Shown: positions 61,315 to 64,000 of the stretch, piece after piece
Layout: the number at the start of each line of letters is the position of its first letter
Numbering within the stretch: position 1 is the first letter of the stretch
DNA from: an uncultured Chloroflexia bacterium
GTDB lineage: Bacteria > Chloroflexota > Limnocylindria > Limnocylindrales > CSP1-4
Assembly (NCBI GenBank): GCA_963696405.1
Contig: CAVOJY010000003.1
Coordinates: 194,407-258,406, forward strand
Direction: 5' to 3'
DNA length: 64,000 nucleotides
Made by a program: the position numbers and the translations under genes
The notes under the pieces: generated by a model
Database searches by the model: none
What the model saw: only the letters and a program-made list of their open reading frames with translations
What the model was told of the DNA's origin: nothing

Positions 61315-62745
61315 ATGGCCTGGGTCACGATGCCGCAGCTCGGCGAGACGGTTGCCGAGGGGACCATCGGCCGCTGGCTCAAGCAGGTGGGCGACCGCGT
61401 CGAGCGCGGCGAGCCGATCGTCGAGGTTGTCACCGACAAGGTGAATGCCGAGGTGCCGTCCGACGTCGCCGGCGAAATCAGGGAGATCCTGGTCCCGGAG
61501 GGCGCATCCGCGGCGCCCGGGGCGCGGCTCGCGCTGGTGGCCGACGCGGGCGAGTCGGCCGCCCTGGCCGGACCGGCGGGTCCCACCACCGCGGTCCTTC
61601 CGGCTCCCGCGACGCTGGCCGGCGAGGAGGGTTCCGCGCCCGATGCGCCCGACGCGGCCGCTGAGCCCTCCCCGGTCGCTGAGCCCGGCGGGGCTCTGCA
61701 GCCTCCCGCGCTCGTCCAGCCCCGTGCGGCCGCGCCGGCTGCGCCACCGGCGGTTCCCCCGGTCTCCATCCCGCCCGCTGTTCCAGGGGCTCGCGCCGGC
61801 CAGCCAGGTCGCGCCGGGCGTGTCACGCCCGCCGTTCAGCGGCTCGCCCGCGAGAACGACGTCGATCTCGGGGACGTCCCGGGCACGGGAACGGGTGGAC
61901 GGGTCACCGTGGAGGACGTCCTCGCCTTCCTCGTCAGGCGGCGCCTTGCCGCCGGCGCACTCGTGACCGGGTCGGCGCCGCCGGGCGGGGCGGTTCCCGG
62001 CGCCGGAGTCCCCGCGCTCGGGTCCGCGCCGGCCTCCCCCGTCGTGCCTTCGCAGACCGCGCTCCGGGCGCCTGCAGCGCTGTCGGTCGAGGCGGACATG
62101 TCCGGCGTCGTCGCGCTCATCGACCGATCCGGGCCTGCATACGCCACCCAGGCCGGGATCGAGCTGGCGCCGATGGCATTCATCGTGAAGGCGGCCGTCG
62201 AATCCCTGCATGGCCTGCCGGACGTGCTTCGCAGCGAGCTGGCTGGCGGTTCGGGCCCCGACGGGGGAGGGACCGTCCAGCCGCCGGGCATCGCCGTGAG
62301 CGTGGCGATCATTGGCCCGACCGGGACGATGCGCGGGGTCGTGGCCGACGCCGACCGGCTCAGCGTCAACGGCGTGAACCGGGCGCTTCACGATCTCGTC
62401 GCAGGCGCTGCACCGGGCACGCCCCGGCTCGGAGGCTCGCAGGGCCTCGCCGCCGCATCCCTCGCCGTCGTATCCCTCCTCGTGGAGGATGCCGGAGGTG
62501 CTGGGGCAATGTCGTCGATCCCCGAGGTGCCGGCCGGTCGGGCGGTCGCGCTGTCCGCCGGCGCGATCCTCACCCGCCCCGTGGCGGTCGAGTCGGGTGG
62601 CGGGACCGCGCTCGCCGTGCGCCCCGTGGCGGTGCTCACCGCAGCCTGGGACCCGAGCCTCGTTCCGGTCGGCGCCGTCGCGGCCTTCCTGGCCGGAGTG
62701 CGGGCCCGGCTCGAGGCTGTGGACGACGGGACGCCCATCTACTGA
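61315..62745 (+). CDS. E2-like dihydrolipoamide acyltransferase homologue with degenerate catalytic motif
   Basis: Lipoyl domain (VEVVTDKVNAEV), A/P linker and subunit-binding domain (TPAVQRLARENDVDLGDVPGTGTGGRVTVEDV). The C-terminal domain has AAWDPSLVPVG where DHRxxDG is expected. Confidence 0.7.
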   Translation: MAWVTMPQLGETVAEGTIGRWLKQVGDRVERGEPIVEVVTDKVNAEVPSDVAGEIREILVPEGASAAPGARLALVADAGESAALAGPAGPTTAVLPAPATLAGEEGSAPDAPDAAAEPSPVAEPGGALQPPALVQPRAAAPAAPPAVPPVSIPPAVPGARAGQPGRAGRVTPAVQRLARENDVDLGDVPGTGTGGRVTVEDVLAFLVRRRLAAGALVTGSAPPGGAVPGAGVPALGSAPASPVVPSQTALRAPAALSVEADMSGVVALIDRSGPAYATQAGIELAPMAFIVKAAVESLHGLPDVLRSELAGGSGPDGGGTVQPPGIAVSVAIIGPTGTMRGVVADADRLSVNGVNRALHDLVAGAAPGTPRLGGSQGLAAASLAVVSLLVEDAGGAGAMSSIPEVPAGRAVALSAGAILTRPVAVESGGGTALAVRPVAVLTAAWDPSLVPVGAVAAFLAGVRARLEAVDDGTPIY

Positions 62746-62760
62746 CGTGCCGCTGGCTCG

Positions 62761-62803
62761 GTCGGTCGCAGTCGGGTCGCGGTCGGGTCGCGGTCGGGTT
62801 CGC
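62761..62803. repeat. four tandem ~11-bp units (GTCGGGTCGCG-like) upstream of the lipA promoter
   Basis: GTCGGTCGCA GTCGGGTCGCG GTCGGGTCGCG GTCGGGTTCGC, followed by TATACT (62831-62836) and the lipA ATG 6 nt later. Confidence 0.6.
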
Positions 62804-62842
62804 CCGGAGGGTCGTGGCAGGCGGCCCCCGTATACTTCCTTC

Positions 62843-63856
62843 ATGCGACAGGAACTCCCCGTCCTGCAGCCGGGGGGCGCAGGCGGTTCGTCCACCACGC
62901 CCACGACCGGGTCGTCGGCCCCACTGACGATCGGCCACTCGTCGATCGACCCGATCGGCGTCCGTCGCCACCCCGACTGGATCCGCGCCCGCGTACCGGG
63001 CGGTGCCAACTACACCGAGCTGAAGGGGCTCCTGGGTGGCCTCACGCTGCACACGGTGTGCGAAGAGGCGCACTGTCCCAACCTCGGCGAGTGCTGGGAG
63101 CAGCGCACGGCGACAGTGATGATCCTGGGCGACACGTGCACCCGCGCCTGCGGGTTCTGCAACGTGAAGACGGGGCGACCGACCTGGTTCGACGACGACG
63201 AGCCCCGCCGGGTTGCCGAGGCCGCCGCGGCCATGGGTCTCGAGCACTGCGTGGTCACGAGCGTGTGCCGCGACGACCTGCCCGATGGGGGTGCGTCCGT
63301 TTTCGCAGCCACCATCCGCGAGCTCCGACGGGTATCGCCCGCCATGGGTGTCGAGGTCCTCATCTGCGATTTCGACGGTCAGGAGGAGCCGCTCCGCGCG
63401 GTCATGCGCGAGTTGCCGGACATCCTCAACCACAACATCGAGACCGTCGAGCGTCTGCAGAGGCCCGTTCGCAAGCGCGCCCGCTACGACCGCAGCCTCG
63501 GTGTTCTCGAGCGCGCGAAGGCGTACGCCCGTGAGTACGCGGGCCGTGACGGCGCTGTCCACACGAAGTCGAGCCTCATGGTCGGCCTCGGGGAGGAGCG
63601 CAACGAGCTGCTGCAGGCCTTCCGCGACCTGCGTGCGATCGACTGCGACATCCTCACCATCGGCCAGTACCTGCGGCCGACGAAGGACCACCTGCCGATC
63701 GTGCGCCACTACCGCCCCGAGGAGTTCGCCGAGCTGAAGGCCGAGGCGCTTGCCCTTGGCTTCAAGCACGTCGAATCGGGCCCCCTCGTCCGGTCCAGCT
63801 ACCACGCCCGGGACCAGGTTCCCGGCGGTCCCCGCCGGGTGGCCATCCCCCAGTAG
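62843..63856 (+). CDS. lipA: lipoyl synthase
   Basis: CEEAHCPNLGEC and the radical-SAM motif CTRACGFC. ATG lies 6 nt after a TATACT box (leaderless-type). Confidence 0.9.
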   Translation: MRQELPVLQPGGAGGSSTTPTTGSSAPLTIGHSSIDPIGVRRHPDWIRARVPGGANYTELKGLLGGLTLHTVCEEAHCPNLGECWEQRTATVMILGDTCTRACGFCNVKTGRPTWFDDDEPRRVAEAAAAMGLEHCVVTSVCRDDLPDGGASVFAATIRELRRVSPAMGVEVLICDFDGQEEPLRAVMRELPDILNHNIETVERLQRPVRKRARYDRSLGVLERAKAYAREYAGRDGAVHTKSSLMVGLGEERNELLQAFRDLRAIDCDILTIGQYLRPTKDHLPIVRHYRPEEFAELKAEALALGFKHVESGPLVRSSYHARDQVPGGPRRVAIPQ

Positions 63857-64000
63857 GGCCGGCAGCGCCTGGCGCTCCCCGGCGCGAGCCTCGCGCCAGG
63901 AAGGGCGACGCGCGCCACACAAGCTGGCACGACCGCAGCGCAGCATCGCCCCGACGTTCACCCCCATGGAGCGCGGGAATGCCCGCGGCGCGATGCGATG

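Overview
Very GC-rich, actinobacterium-like chromosomal window with about 60 genes. I identified families by reading motifs only; no searches were run.

Backbone genes: a UPF0182 membrane protein, the SCO1664-like/DUF3090/histidine-phosphatase triad, tdh, gpmA, a dapB-dapA-dapD-lysA operon, mutY, ppc, nnrE, plsY and lpdA-E2-lipA.

Accessory or unusual content:
1. A catabolic island at 8.3-18.9 kb centred on a GntR regulator. Its transcription units each carry the 16-bp palindrome GGGCGACCGGTCGCCC right after a -10 box. Its TPP-dependent E1 alpha/beta pair is followed only by a free lipoyl domain.
2. An intact IS3-family element with inverted repeats and a 3-bp GGT target duplication. It sits next to a tandem pair of glycine-rich repeat proteins with Tat signals and no family I recognise.
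3. A wHTH-MNT/HEPN toxin-antitoxin-like pair with a palindromic operator in a leaderless promoter.
4. tRNA-Gln(CTG) plus a displaced 48-nt copy of its 3' part 3.2 kb away, bracketing a small islet.
5. A roughly 240-nt structured intergenic repeat present twice.
6. A promoter, a short uORF with Lys codons and an intrinsic terminator as a leader in front of the dap/lys operon.
7. An E2 homologue that lacks the catalytic His.

Main caveat: at least 21 single-nucleotide frame breaks cluster between 32.8 and 57.2 kb, many in housekeeping genes. Assembly indel errors there are more likely than gene decay. Several long ORFs in the supplied track are therefore fusions of adjacent genes, and many long antisense ORFs are high-GC artefacts.
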